The notes beneath the pieces are model-generated. The model was not told the origin of the DNA, searched no databases, and worked only from the letters and a program-made list of their open reading frames with translations. Below are positions 14,924 to 27,281 of a stretch of 64,000 nucleotides of DNA, piece after piece; position 1 is the stretch's first letter, and each line of letters opens with the position of its first letter. This DNA comes from Pseudovirgaria hyperparasitica (taxonomy: Eukaryota): the NCBI GenBank assembly GCA_010093815.1, contig ML996569.1. One strand, written 5' to 3'. The position numbers and the translations under genes were made by a program.

Positions 14924-16565
14924 ATGACCATGCACTTCATTGCAGAGGCCGCGATTCTCTGTGCATTGCTGGTCTTAGCTACTGCGGCCACTAGATTTCG
15001 GAAAACATCGCAATACCGGCTGCCTCCAAGTCCTCCTGGAGAGCCCCTGCTTGGTCATTTCCGTCTCATTCCAGCAGACCATCCTGAGCATCAGTATATC
15101 GCGTGGGGACGAAAGTACAGTCAGTACTAGCCACGCACGGAAGACAAGTCAGATGTGCTAACAAAACAGACAGATAGCGATGTCCTCCACTTCATCGTCC
15201 TTGGACGTTCTATCGTTGTGCTCAACAGCACAGAGGCAGCGCATGAGCTTTTGGATAAACGAGGCTCCAATTATTCAGATCGACCGCGGTTCGTTCTATT
15301 CGAGCTAATGGGCTGGGGAATCACTCTCACATTTCTGCGCTGGGGCCCCCGCTTCAGGCTTCACCGAAAGCTTCTGCAGAGTTCATTTACGCCAACTGCT
15401 TGCAAGCAGTATCGCCCCATTCAAGAAGATGAAGCCCGCAAAGCTGTGTCCTCCATCTTGCGTGACCCTAGCGATTGGGAACTTGGTCTTCGCAAGTATT
15501 CCACAGCTGTCATAATGCGCATTGGGTTTGGTGTCACCATCAAGGATGAATGCGACCCTTATGTGCAGATGGTCATTGATGTCGAAGATGCCACCGCAAA
15601 TGGAGGCGTTCCTGCAAGCACTCTGGTCGACTTCTTTCCTACTTTACGACATCTACCCCGTTGGCTTCTGAGATCTGGTCCAGTCAGGCATGCTGTAGCG
15701 TCCAAATCATCAATTCAGAACTTGCACAACGTGCCGTGGGCAGCTACCGAGCCTGAAATCGCGAGGGGAACAGCTCAATTTCCTTCATTCATGCGAACAC
15801 ACTACGAAAAATACCGACAGAACTTGTCAGATGGTTCACACAATGAAGCTTCCATCGCGGATATGAAAGGCGCTGCTGGTGCCATAAGTATCGCCGGAAG
15901 TAACACCACTTGGTCAACAATCATCATCTGCATCCTCAACCTGGTCAGAAATCCGGATGTCCAGCGCAGGGCACAAGCAGAGATTGATAGCATTGTCGAT
16001 ACTGACAGGTTACCGTCGTTCGAAGATCGTCAGAAACTACCATATCTTGAGAACGTCATACAAGAGACTCTCCGCTGGGCCCCTCTGTCTCCTCTTGGTG
16101 TCCCACACGCTTCTATCGCAGATGACGTCTATAAAGGCATGTTTATACCCGGAGGATCAGTTGTATATGCGAATGCTTGGGCTATGTGTCATGATGAGGC
16201 TGTCTACACAGACCCAGATGAATTCAATCCCAGTCGCTATCTACCTATCGAGCTAGGAGGACGTGGTGAGCCGTTACCAGAAGGACCATTCGGTTTCGGA
16301 CGTCGTGTTTGCATTGGACAGCATCTTGCAACTGCTGGGGTGTATATCATGATCGTCACGTTATTGTCAGTGGTAGAATTTTTACCACCTATTGACGAAC
16401 AAGGCAATGAGATTATGCCGTCCATCAAGCTCTCGAATGGGCTGTCAAGGTGAGCTTCAGATGTCGAAACCGGCCAGTGTGCTGACTTTATGCAGTCATC
16501 CAGAACACTTTGAGTGCCGCATGCAAGTCCGATCGGGAGAGCGAGCCGCTCTACTACATACTTAG
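14924..16565 (+). CDS. Cytochrome P450 (OrdA/CYP64-clan-like), 3 exons
   Basis: N-terminal TM plus PPSPPG hinge, AGSNTT I-helix, ETLR, and FGFGRRVCIG heme motif; introns 15120-15173 and 16450-16495. Confidence 0.93.
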
Positions 16566-16943
16566 CCATCGTACGTTCTTGAGGGCATTATCATGGAGTA
16601 TAGCTTGTAAGCAATAACAATTGCAACGGCGTGTACAAGGGTGAAGCGATGTCGTGTGATTATCGTATAAAATGATTGTTTTAGCGTAGTCATCATTTCG
16701 CGCTTCAGGTATAGAGCATAGAATCTGCACCATATGATCGAGTATAGGCAGATAAGGAATTCTGCATGACAGATGCCGACCAGCCGGTAAATGAGGGGCT
16801 ACATATCCGGATACCACGAGTCAGCTGCAATCCTTCCAACTGGTACCCTAGACAATCCAACTACAGGCCAACGCTCTACGAGGGTCCTTAATATAAAGCA
16901 GACTGATCAATCAAATACGTGGAGTTTCCCCCTATCGTTCACA

Positions 16944-17974
16944 ATGGAAATTTATCAGCCCATTCATTCTTCTATTCGCGACAAGCTCGACCCCCAATAC
17001 ATCGCCTTCCACGATAAGTACATGCAATACATCGTACCTGACGAATGGAAGCCTTGGGATGCTTCCGTGCGGACTGAAACATCACTTCCAAATACCTCCT
17101 CGACGCCCGCAGAAGTCGGCGCAATCCAAGACTTCAGTCTAGGTAGCTTTTCAGTCCGCACTTTTGTCCCAAATGAAGAGGCGCCGCCTGGTGGATGGCC
17201 CGTATTCATATGGTTCCACGGAGGAGGTTGGACAGTTGGCGGCATCGACAGTGGTGCCTATTTCTGTTCGAGGGCCTGCAAGGGTGGGTACAGCCCATCA
17301 GATGTTCACCATCCAACATGAAATAAAAGTGATACACAGAAGCAAGTCATATCGTAGTCAACGTCGCATACCGCCTTGCCCCCGAACATCCTTACCCAGC
17401 AGCCATCCATGACGCTCATACAACCCTGGACTGAATCCTCTCTTCTGCACCCACCTTCCTGCCCCTGAACCCAGCCCTGATCTCGGTAGGCGGCACATCT
17501 GCCGGAGCCGTGCTCTCCCTCGCACTGTGTACGCACGCCCTTACGCTCCCATCCTGTCCTGCAATCCGCCTCCAGGTTCTCGTCGTGCCCGTCCTGGATA
17601 ACACCGCTTCTGTTGCGGGCATATGGCGCGAGAACCAGCACGCGCCATGGCTGACTCCAGAGCGTATGCTGTGGTATCGGCGCATGTGGATGCCGGATGA
17701 ATGTGATTGGGGCAGTGGGGATGCCAGTCCAGGGCTATTAGGGGATGATGCTTTGAGGACGTTGCCGAAAACGTGGCTGGGTATTGCGGAATACGATTTG
17801 CTTGCCCCTGAGGCGAGGTTGTTTGCAGAGAGATTCAGGGGTGTAGGGGTAGGGGTCGGGATGAAGGTGTATACTGGAAGCACGCACAGTTTGTTTGCGC
17901 TGGAAGGGGTGTTGGATAGGGGTATGGAATGCATAGATGATTGTGTGGAGGTGATCAAGAACGGTGCATGGTGA
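16944..17974 (+). pseudogene. HSL/GDXG-family esterase interrupted by one in-frame TGA
   Basis: HGGGW, YRLAPEHPYPAA, GTSAG nucleophile elbow, AEYDLL and the C-terminal His are all present. Intron 17284-17339. TGA at 17432-17434 sits where a conserved Trp is expected. Confidence 0.8.
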
Positions 17975-18608
17975 GCTTTGATCGTGAAATACTCATGTAA
18001 AGTGAACATCATTTGCCCATTCCTTCAAATGACAACCATCTGATAGAACCTTGTAATAGGAATCAGGATATAATGTCTTCAAATCAATACAAACTTGAAT
18101 AAACTCTCCTAGGTACAAAATTCAAAGTAATATGATGCCCTAGGATCTGCTTAATACGCGTCTATATACATTTATTTAATATCTTATAAGTAGTACTAGT
18201 GTAGAAGACCGCTTTTAGATATATGATACTAAATATGCTATTATGGTAGAATTTACTACATGTCAATCTAGTAGGCTATATATCGTGGCTTCTTATTGAT
18301 TGATTCTTGAAAAAGCCCAACTGGGTATACAATATAGACCCTGTACCTTCCGAGAAACTTTAATATCCTCTCCTACATACTAATAATCCCGTGCTCTGAT
18401 TTTCTGAAATCCATAGCAAATGAATGTTTGAACCATTCTACCACTTTTACCTCCTAAGAATATATCAAACCTTTTTACACGTCATGACTTAAAAAATCTT
18501 ATAGTCTCGTTGGTTATCATCATATATTTATACTAATACATCTAATTTGACCTATTACCAGCCATATCAACCTGGTATCCCCTCGCTATCTATACAAATC
18601 AACCCTCA

Positions 18609-19853
18609 TCAGCTCTTCCAATACGCGCCATCAAGCCCCTGGCTATCTAGGCCAAGGACTACCTCCTCCCCAGAATCCTCTTTGTCTCCCACCACCCGCC
18701 GCCTTTTGCGAAGGCTATACTGGGTCGGACCCGCAGCATCCCTCCCCCTCTTGCCCAGCACAAAGGCAGCTGGTGCCGCCGACATCGATACCGCCTCCTG
18801 GCTGCCACATTTCCTGATCTCCTCGCGGGTCTCGACCGACAGATGCTCACCTGCTAGCTCACTGTCTGGCCCGACAGGGGCAGTCAGCCTGGTATCTGGC
18901 TGCTGTGAGTGTGTCAGAGCACATGCCGGCTGGTGCGGCACCGCAACACCCGCGGAGCCCTCTCCGTCCACACGCCACTCCAAAAAACCGTCTCCGTCCA
19001 GATGCAAGGTTCGCCGCTCAACGACGACAGGCTGCCCTGCGGCAGCGCGCACAGTCGTCACGGTCTCTCGACCCTCCGTCGCGGTCGTCTCTCGGACGAG
19101 CGTGCTGGTGCTGAGCACCGTCTCATCATCGTCGCCGGCGAGCTCCTCTGTCACGGCTCTCTCGCTTGAGGGCGAGAAGCCTAGCACGTGCGGACGGTGC
19201 ATGAATCCTCTTTCGCACCGGCCTCTGTTGCCGATGCGGCGGCTACATGTGAAGTAGTCGTCTTGGTCGAAGAGGTCGAAGTCTGAGAGGGCCGTGGTCT
19301 TGTTGGCGTGACCGCGTGGGCATCTCCACCAGAGGGAGTACTCTATGAGCCGGCCGGCTGGCGCACCCGGGAGCTGTGCTGTGTTTTTGATGGAGCGCGT
19401 GGGTTCGACTGTGGATGTTGAGTTCTTAGGTGTTGGCTTGAGCGAGCTTGAGCGGGAAAGGGGTTCTCTTGCTGTTACAGAGCGACCATCTGCTTCGGCC
19501 GTAGACTTTGCTACGGTTTTGTCGGTTGGCTCTGTGTCATTTCTGATGCTAGCCTTTGCTTCGACGGCAAACTTTGGACTGCTTGATCTGCGCTGAGCGG
19601 GAGCCTTGGTGGAAGTTATTTTCGTTGCTGCACTTGCTTGACTTGGGGTAGTCGGCTTCGGCGTGTTGCTGATGTGTGCCTCTGTGTTGATGGTGCACTT
19701 GACTATTTCTTTGGAACTTTCAGGGCTAGGTGTGGTGCTTGCTTTTGCTAAGCGTGCATGTTTTGTTTCGCTTGCAGATCTTGTCATCTTTTGTGACACT
19801 TTGTGGTTCGGTGACCGGGCAATCGGCACGCTTTCTTGGCTGCGGAGCTTCAT
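18609..19853 (-). CDS. Hypothetical protein: S/T/K/P-rich N-terminus, Cys/His cluster, basic NLS-like C-terminus
   Basis: Long uninterrupted ORF with ATG at 19853; WRCPRGH...YFTCSRR...RCERG; C-terminal LRKRRR. No family recognised. Confidence 0.6.
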   Translation of the reverse strand: MKLRSQESVPIARSPNHKVSQKMTRSASETKHARLAKASTTPSPESSKEIVKCTINTEAHISNTPKPTTPSQASAATKITSTKAPAQRRSSSPKFAVEAKASIRNDTEPTDKTVAKSTAEADGRSVTAREPLSRSSSLKPTPKNSTSTVEPTRSIKNTAQLPGAPAGRLIEYSLWWRCPRGHANKTTALSDFDLFDQDDYFTCSRRIGNRGRCERGFMHRPHVLGFSPSSERAVTEELAGDDDETVLSTSTLVRETTATEGRETVTTVRAAAGQPVVVERRTLHLDGDGFLEWRVDGEGSAGVAVPHQPACALTHSQQPDTRLTAPVGPDSELAGEHLSVETREEIRKCGSQEAVSMSAAPAAFVLGKRGRDAAGPTQYSLRKRRRVVGDKEDSGEEVVLGLDSQGLDGAYWKS

Positions 19854-22800
19854 GATATGGTGCGAGAATAGAAGACGCAATGCGAATGAAGTAAAGTAAA
19901 AAATTGTGAGAGTAAGCGATGTAGTACGAATCAAGGAAAATCCAAAGATGCAAGATGTGATCGAAGCTATCGCCTAGAAAGAAATTGCGTCGTCTAATTA
20001 CCAAGGAGGCTGGGGCAAGGTGAACAGCGGTTATTGTTCAGTAAGATTGCAGATCACTTGAAACGTACGACAGAACACAATTAGTTGTTCGTGCATGCGT
20101 CAATCGCTGCGTTCCATGTAGCTTTACAGAGAACAACTGGAGGAAATAGTCGTTCACACAATGGCCATCCATGCGCACTTCTCCGATATAAGCAAGCCTC
20201 CACTCTTCAAGTTCTAGTGAGATCGGAACGTGTCTGTTCACTCTAATCGGGTACGTGCCGCATCATGAGTAGGGCTGTAAATATAATCGGGATGCAGGAG
20301 CCACGTTGGTCGGGTGATGCTCGGAGGTGGTCACATGTAGGGATAGTACAAATGACTTGACGTCTAAGATTAGATACGTTATGAGAAGCATATTTTTCTC
20401 TGCCATTGATTGTGATAAGGTAATCTACTCAATCATTCGGTCCTACTCTGAGATCATCACTCTCTTCACAGGAGATAATATCACTTGTACAACAACGATA
20501 TAGGCTCATATACTCACATAGAAAGGAATATGAGTTTGCCATTCGTATCATGGGCCGTCTCCGTCTCTTTAATTGAGCTCCCTTGGACGATGTGCACTTT
20601 CTTCTCTGGTAGTCTAATGCCTCAGACAATGGAGTTATCATAAACAGTGCCATCGTAGACTCAGGTGGACATCTATCTGCCCTGTAAAACTGTAAGACCC
20701 ATCTCAACTACTAAATTACGATATACAGTGGGACAGACATATACTTGAAGTTACCTGTGGACCTGTTATTCCGCTCGAAACAAAGGGTACTGATAATCGT
20801 CTATCACAACAGATCAGCCGAGTATACATCACTGTGCTAATGTAACATAGGATAGACTACATAACAGGCTGTCATTAATTCTTTAGCCCTCTTTTGATTT
20901 ATATCCTGCGCTGTGAATTATTATGTGCTCAGGGGATTGTTTTATAACGGCGCAATACTCAACAATTCATCTTCCGTTAGGTACCCCTCAGTACATTTCC
21001 GGGGAGATAAGTGTCGATGGCGTGTTCTCATGATGTAATTTCTGCCGCTCAAAGAACGGATTATCACTATTAGGATCTCCAAGCCACCTGGAAAGCGTTC
21101 TGCCGTCGTCGACTGACGATTTCTTCTCATGGTAGCTGCGACTCGAAGTCGGAGAACAATCAAAACGTATCGTAGACAGAACAGGGATATCAGATGGTAT
21201 AATGGAAGTAAGTATGGCTTTTTATGCCTTTGTAGACTAGAAAAGTTAACATGAATTAGCGTGTTATCATTATAAGTACCGGTCGGGTATGTACAGTGTT
21301 AAATATTCACTGCCGCTACTAAATTTCGAGTGACTACAAATGGAGGCAAACTGGCGCACCAGTGAAACCATGGGCAAAAGTTGCAAGGAGGTCCTGGTCC
21401 TGGAGTTTTGTATATAGGAACATCGAGTCTAGTTTGAAAGTGTTTTAGATATTCTTAACTGCTTCAGTACAGATTTCAGCATACCTTGTTCATATACACC
21501 AGCCAAGGCTTCAAGAGCTCGCGATGTTCCCTAGAGTGCTCGCGATCTCCGCAGAAGAGCAAATATGAAGCAAATACCTGTCACATCTCGTTGCTGTGGT
21601 TTCCTGGTAGAGGTGGGGAAGACAGCATAGTACTGCTTTGGAGACGTGATGGGAATAGGCCTACATTGGCATCATTTATCACGAATTCTGATGAAGTCAT
21701 TGAACGCTTCAATCGTATGATACATACCAGGTAGTATATCTACTTCCAAGAACAAGGCAGGTTACTGATAGATATCTCATGCATTGTTTACATAACTTAT
21801 TCAACCGAAAGCGATGCATGTACCAAGCTCAACCTACCTTACTCTTACTCTTCTATGAAAATTAGACACTATAAGATGCACCAGAGGCTATCTAGAGTTG
21901 TTGTAGACCGAGAAATCGTGTCTGGTGCAACACTCTTCCGCATCGTTTCTTTCTACACTCGAGTCCGAGATAATCTTCTTTTTCGCATGCAAGTTTTCCC
22001 TCTTTCCGTTTGATAGATATCTCATTATGCCTACAGGGCATAGTTATGAGTGTGTCTTCGCTACTATGTGTCTATGTCTGGTTAAGTAGCTCTTTGATGC
22101 TGAATAGCTCTCTATATGTCAAATACACATAGTCTTGACCCTCTCTTCCATCTTTCAAAGGTATGGGTGGTATGGATATGATATTCCGCATATTTTTCCG
22201 GATCCTAAGCTCGCTCTATGGTCCTCGCTGGTATGTTCGCGGAAGAAAGGGAGGTAACCGGTGGATTTGACTGTCGTGATTTGTTATCCGCACTCGAAAT
22301 AAGACGGGTCGAACGAATATTTGACGTGAGGACACGTTGGGCGTGATAAAACGGGATAAGGGCTACAGCACTGCCAATAGTCAGTATTTAAATGCGAACC
22401 TCCTCTTCGTTGTCTGATTCTACTTTGTCCTGCACATGTCCTATTCCTTCGTTAGTAGTGTTTCGAAAAGGCCATAAGTTGGGATGTTGAGCTGTTCGGT
22501 CGACTTCAGCATCAACGCTGTCGAGAATAGAAAAGGAAAGAATCGCAGTACATCCCCAGATATATCACACCTACGTAGAGCTGTGTCCGTTCGAGCGGTG
22601 CGTGTATAGTCGAGGCTCGCCTGAGGAGAAGGACGCGCCTAGGTCGGAGTAAAGCAAAACGCATGGATCAACATTGTTGATGAAACACCCATCATCTACT
22701 GTATTTAGTGTGAAATGAACAAAGACTGAGCTCTGCGCGTCTCGGGACCAGTACATGCAGATATTGAATTTATATAATGATCAGAAACATAGGGGTACTA

Positions 22801-23699
22801 CCAACAGCAGCAAAGAAGCAATAAAAAGTAAATCATCCAATTCTGTTAACAGAGAAATAAAAGACATGCTCAGATAATTGAATCCATGAAGTTCTGTCTC
22901 CCTGGGCTAATAATTTCTGATTGGGGTGGTAACTCATGATTCGGACACTCTGCCACATACTCAATTACAATTTCTAAAAGATGAGTTGTTATATAGCCGA
23001 TGCTGTAATATGGCATGAATCTCTCGCTGTCTGTGTGCTCGGTGTTTGTATGGGTGGGACGAACTGTGAATGAATACGAGCATTTTGTGACAAGCACATG
23101 GTTGTCTGGCTGCGACGTGAAAGTAGAGCAGATACAGGACATCTCAAGCTACAACGATCATGACAGCTTGTCTCCAAAATACAATGTCCCTACACAATAC
23201 CTAAGTATGTTGTTTGACTAATGACGTGTTGGTCACTCATGAAAATCCTTCTAAGGAGAAGTTGTGTCTTCGTTCTCTCGCAGCATCCGGCGAAATATCT
23301 AGCAAGAACCATGAAAGTTAAGAGACACTACCATCCAAGCAAGTAAGCAGTACTTCTGTCATTCAGATCTCATATACATAGCATACTTTCACTATTCGAG
23401 TTGCTAGTCTCTTACTGGCCCTCGACCAGGCAGACCATGCCTATTGCAGGCAATTGTCTGCTATTGGCCCATTCATCCCACAGCTTTATCCTGATGGAGT
23501 GTGCGAGGTAATATACATGGAGATAGGAGATTTGCCGGATTTAACACTCCTATATAGCTTATGTTATGTGAGCTCTTTCCATTATGCCACATCTATATAA
23601 GCTATCTACAAAATCCGCTATTCATGGTATCACTCACAGCTTCTTATAAATATCAAAAACCCCGAAATATTCAATATCAAACCTTTCCAGACTCTAAAG

Positions 23700-24784
23700 A
23701 TGTCATCCTCGAGAGCACACGCCCTTGCCCAGCCACGCAACCTCCCTCTCAATGTCAACGAAACGACCTGCAAAGACCGCACGTATATCGTCACTGGCGC
23801 CAATGTCGGCCTTGGTCTTGAAACAACACGCCATCTCGTTGCGGCTGGAGCATCTAAAGTAATCATGGCCGTGCGTAGTCCTACCGCCGGTGCCTCTGCG
23901 CTCGCGGACATTGAAGCTAGTACTTCGACCAGTGGAGTTGCAGAGGTCTGGCATCTCGATTTATCCAGCTTCGCCTCGGTGCGTGAGTTTGCTGCACGGG
24001 TAATCGAAGAGCTTGGACAGATTGACGCTGTGATTGAAAACGCGGCTGTGGCGATTGAAGGCACACGCGCGGAGGGATATCCGACCACTCTGACCGTGAA
24101 CGTGCTGAGTACAATGTTACTGGCGGTGTTACTGCTTCCCAAATTGAGGTCCGATGCAGTGAAGTATGGATATGTGCCGCGGGTTAGCATTGTCACGAGT
24201 GGAACGGCTTTCGATATCCGAGAGGCGTGGGAGAGGGTCAGAGGGGATGCGATTGGGGAGAATAGTAAAGACGAGGGGATGGCAATGTGAGGTCAATTAC
24301 ACGTTGAGCTATCGAGTTTGTGCTGATTATTAGCCAGGTACCCCATGTCAAAGCTCCTTGAGATCCTCTCAGTGCGCGAGATCGCGCGACTGCTTCCTGT
24401 CGCACGAGGAAAAGTGGTCATCAATTTGATTAATCCGGGCCTTTGCGTAACAAGCCTGTGTCGGAATGGGAGCCCTGAGTTGAAGGAGGGTATAAGGCAG
24501 TTGTGGGAGAAGTGTGGTCGTTCTGCAGAATGTGGTAGTCGGACGCTTCTCGCAGGGGCAGTGGCTGGTGAGGATAGTCATGGTGTCTATATGAATGACT
24601 GCGGCCTAGCAGAGTAAGTCGACTCCCTGAGATAAAAAAAAGGACATACTACTAATCGGCAATCCGCAGTGAATTGGTGCCAGAGTGGATAGACGACACT
24701 GCAAGTAAGCAATGCTGGGATAGTGTGGCCAAGGAGCTTGAGAAGATTGTTCCAGGCTGTGTGGCGAAGGCCTTAAGGTATTGA
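23700..24784 (+). CDS. Short-chain dehydrogenase/reductase (retinol-dehydrogenase-like), 3 exons
   Basis: IVTGANVGLG, LDLSSFASV, ENAA and catalytic YPMSK; introns 24287-24337 and 24614-24669. Confidence 0.92.
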
Positions 24785-24840
24785 TGTATGCGTGCTTTGG
24801 GCTAGAGTAGTTTCCCATGTCCCTTCGGAGAGGTCCGAAT

Positions 24841-26451
24841 TCATCGAACCATTTCATACATATTGATTCTTCTAAACCAAGAGCAAGCTTGCATTTCATA
24901 GAAGTGTTGGATCCAAGGAAATTGGCTTAGAATCGTTCTCGTATCATCCCAGGTGCTTATCTCTAACTCATGAATCAAGCTTGAAGCTCTCGGGAGCAGC
25001 AACGCATCATCGACAGCATCTTGCAAGCCAGTGATCTTGCTCATGAACAGAACCCATAAGGTGAGCTCCTTGGGTACACTGACTTCTAGACTTTCCACAC
25101 AAATGTCTCGAACAAGCTGTGATAGATGTGTATTATGCACCTCACGGCCAAATCCGTTCAACAGGGCGCTAATGATCATTACAGAACCCAGATGTACTAG
25201 GCTCTGAGAGGCGGGCTTGTATCCGGAAGGTATTAGTGGTGCATACTGCAATAGCCGATGACCAAGCCAGACGTGGCTTGTCATGAATTGTGCCGATGAA
25301 AGCTTTGTGTGATTGCCAGAACTGGCTTTGTTGACGAGACCCGACAGGATGTACATTCGTTCCCAAAGATAGAGGAGTTCAGGATCCAGGACCCTCAGTG
25401 TTCCACCCACGTTAGCGGGCAGTAGTTCGGAGTATGCCTCGGTATGTTGAAGATTCAGTCCATTCGTGTTTTCTTGAATCTCTAGCCAATCAATATCTAT
25501 GCTCGGGATAGAAGCAGACCGTAAAGCATAGGCTAAGCTAGACCTGCGACTCTATTAGTCTTATTACACTTAGGTAGCCCTGAAGTAAAAACCTAAGTAT
25601 CTTCAACATCAATTGGGGATCTTCAGAGCCAACTCGGAAGACACCACCGCGGATCTCTATCATTCGCAAAACGCCCTGAACGTGTACGGCGCCATGATCA
25701 TAGCGTCCTTGCACAGCGTCATATGTTGACAATCCTAGAGTTGCAGCGATGGTAGTATTGGTGACACCCGTACTACGAGAAATGCGCTCGTTGATCAGGT
25801 GGAGTGACTGCGTAATATGGTGAATACCGTTAAGAGTACGAGTCAGTGACCTGGATTCAACGAAGATCGCTATGATGCAATGGTAGCCTTGAGTTACGTA
25901 TATTGTATCAGTCGGTGTCTTGGCAGTGATCCATAGCGGTATAACATACATGCTTGATCCATAAGCATCAGTCGGAGAAAGTCTGTAGAGTAATTTGCGT
26001 CGTTGACAGAAAGAGCATGGGACAAGGCAGGCTGGAGTTTCGGCACTTTCATGAAAGCTAGGGCTAAGATGAAGTTAGTAGAATGTGATTATGTGTCTTA
26101 ATGGATGTCTACCGGACCTTCATACGTGAGTGCTCTATCTCCAGGGGCTATCTTGATAGGAAGATTCAATATGGAGAGGCTGTCGCCGATGATGCGTTCG
26201 ACCTGTGTGGGCGTGCTTTGGGACTCTCCATCGGCATCCATATTGTGCTGTGCACTCTGTACAGGAGAACAAGAGCCAGAACTGACGATAGGAAGGAGCT
26301 TTGATCTAGGCTGGTGTTGTAGGCTCCTGAGATAGGATGGCCGGTTGACCTTTCGACCGATATTGTGCCCCTTTGCTGCACGCCGACGTATAGTAGATCT
26401 GGCTTTGGCATCAACCTCGCCATTACTGCTATTGATATAGATCCATTCCAT
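24841..26451 (-). CDS. Fungal-specific transcription-factor-domain protein without a recognisable Zn2Cys6 cluster; multi-exon
   Basis: Collinear ORFs 26098-26451, 25538-25951 and 24841-25410. Basic N-terminus (ARSTIRRRAAKGHN), SLHLINERIS, VHVQGVLRMIEIRGG, LTLWVLF and LSQFPW. Exon boundaries were not fully resolved. Confidence 0.7.
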
Positions 26452-27281
26452 ATTGGTGCGATGCTGTCGATATAATCACAACCCATCTGTGTTAAGATGT
26501 TGCGGTTCTCATATCAAAGTCCGTTAGCTTGCCTATCTCCGGGCCTGGCTGTCTTAGCAAGAAGAACCAATGGGAGACTGGCAACTCAAAGTGGTTAAGT
26601 GCTGACTGGACGAGGGCAAAACCGAACAAGCTCTTCCGGAAGATATGGCAAGCTTGCATGTGAGCGTGTTTCTTCTTTTGTCATTCGCGCTGTTGGTGTT
26701 GATGTTCATGTCGATGTTGATGTCGATGTCGGGGTCCAATTTTCATTTTTCAGTATGCACTGTCCTCGTGTTACAATTACAATAGTAGGTGGACTGATCG
26801 TGACGCTCGGAGTCTCGCTCAACAGCTATGTCCTTTTCAGCTTTGTATCCATCCCCATCCATACAAGGGGTATTCGGCAGATGCTAACCAGATGCAGCTG
26901 CGTCGCACTAAAAAAAAAGCGGGTGACCTGTGACCGTAGCTACGCCATATAGACTTAGAATTACGCACATTCTCCTAAAACACCTACACGACACAAGGAA
27001 GAAACCGACGCGCTACGACAACCCATCACCGAACACGTCAACTTTGCATCCGTTGCTTCTATAAATCCACCACATATTGTATTCTGCACACAGCAGTTAG
27101 CCGTCCTGCAATAAAGCAGGAGATCAACAGCGGCACAACCATAGAAAGAAACAACCCCGTCAGGATGTTTAATTGATCACCCTACATCAGCAAATCCCTT
27201 GTACGCGATGTCACTCTAGTGGCTCACGTTGTATCATCTCGCCCACTGTTCCCTGGAGCCCTGCTATCTCATATACTCGCA

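Noticed and set aside
20000..23500. Long intergenic stretch with short ORFs, possibly a decayed gene
   Set aside because: No recognisable motif or consistent exon structure on manual translation.
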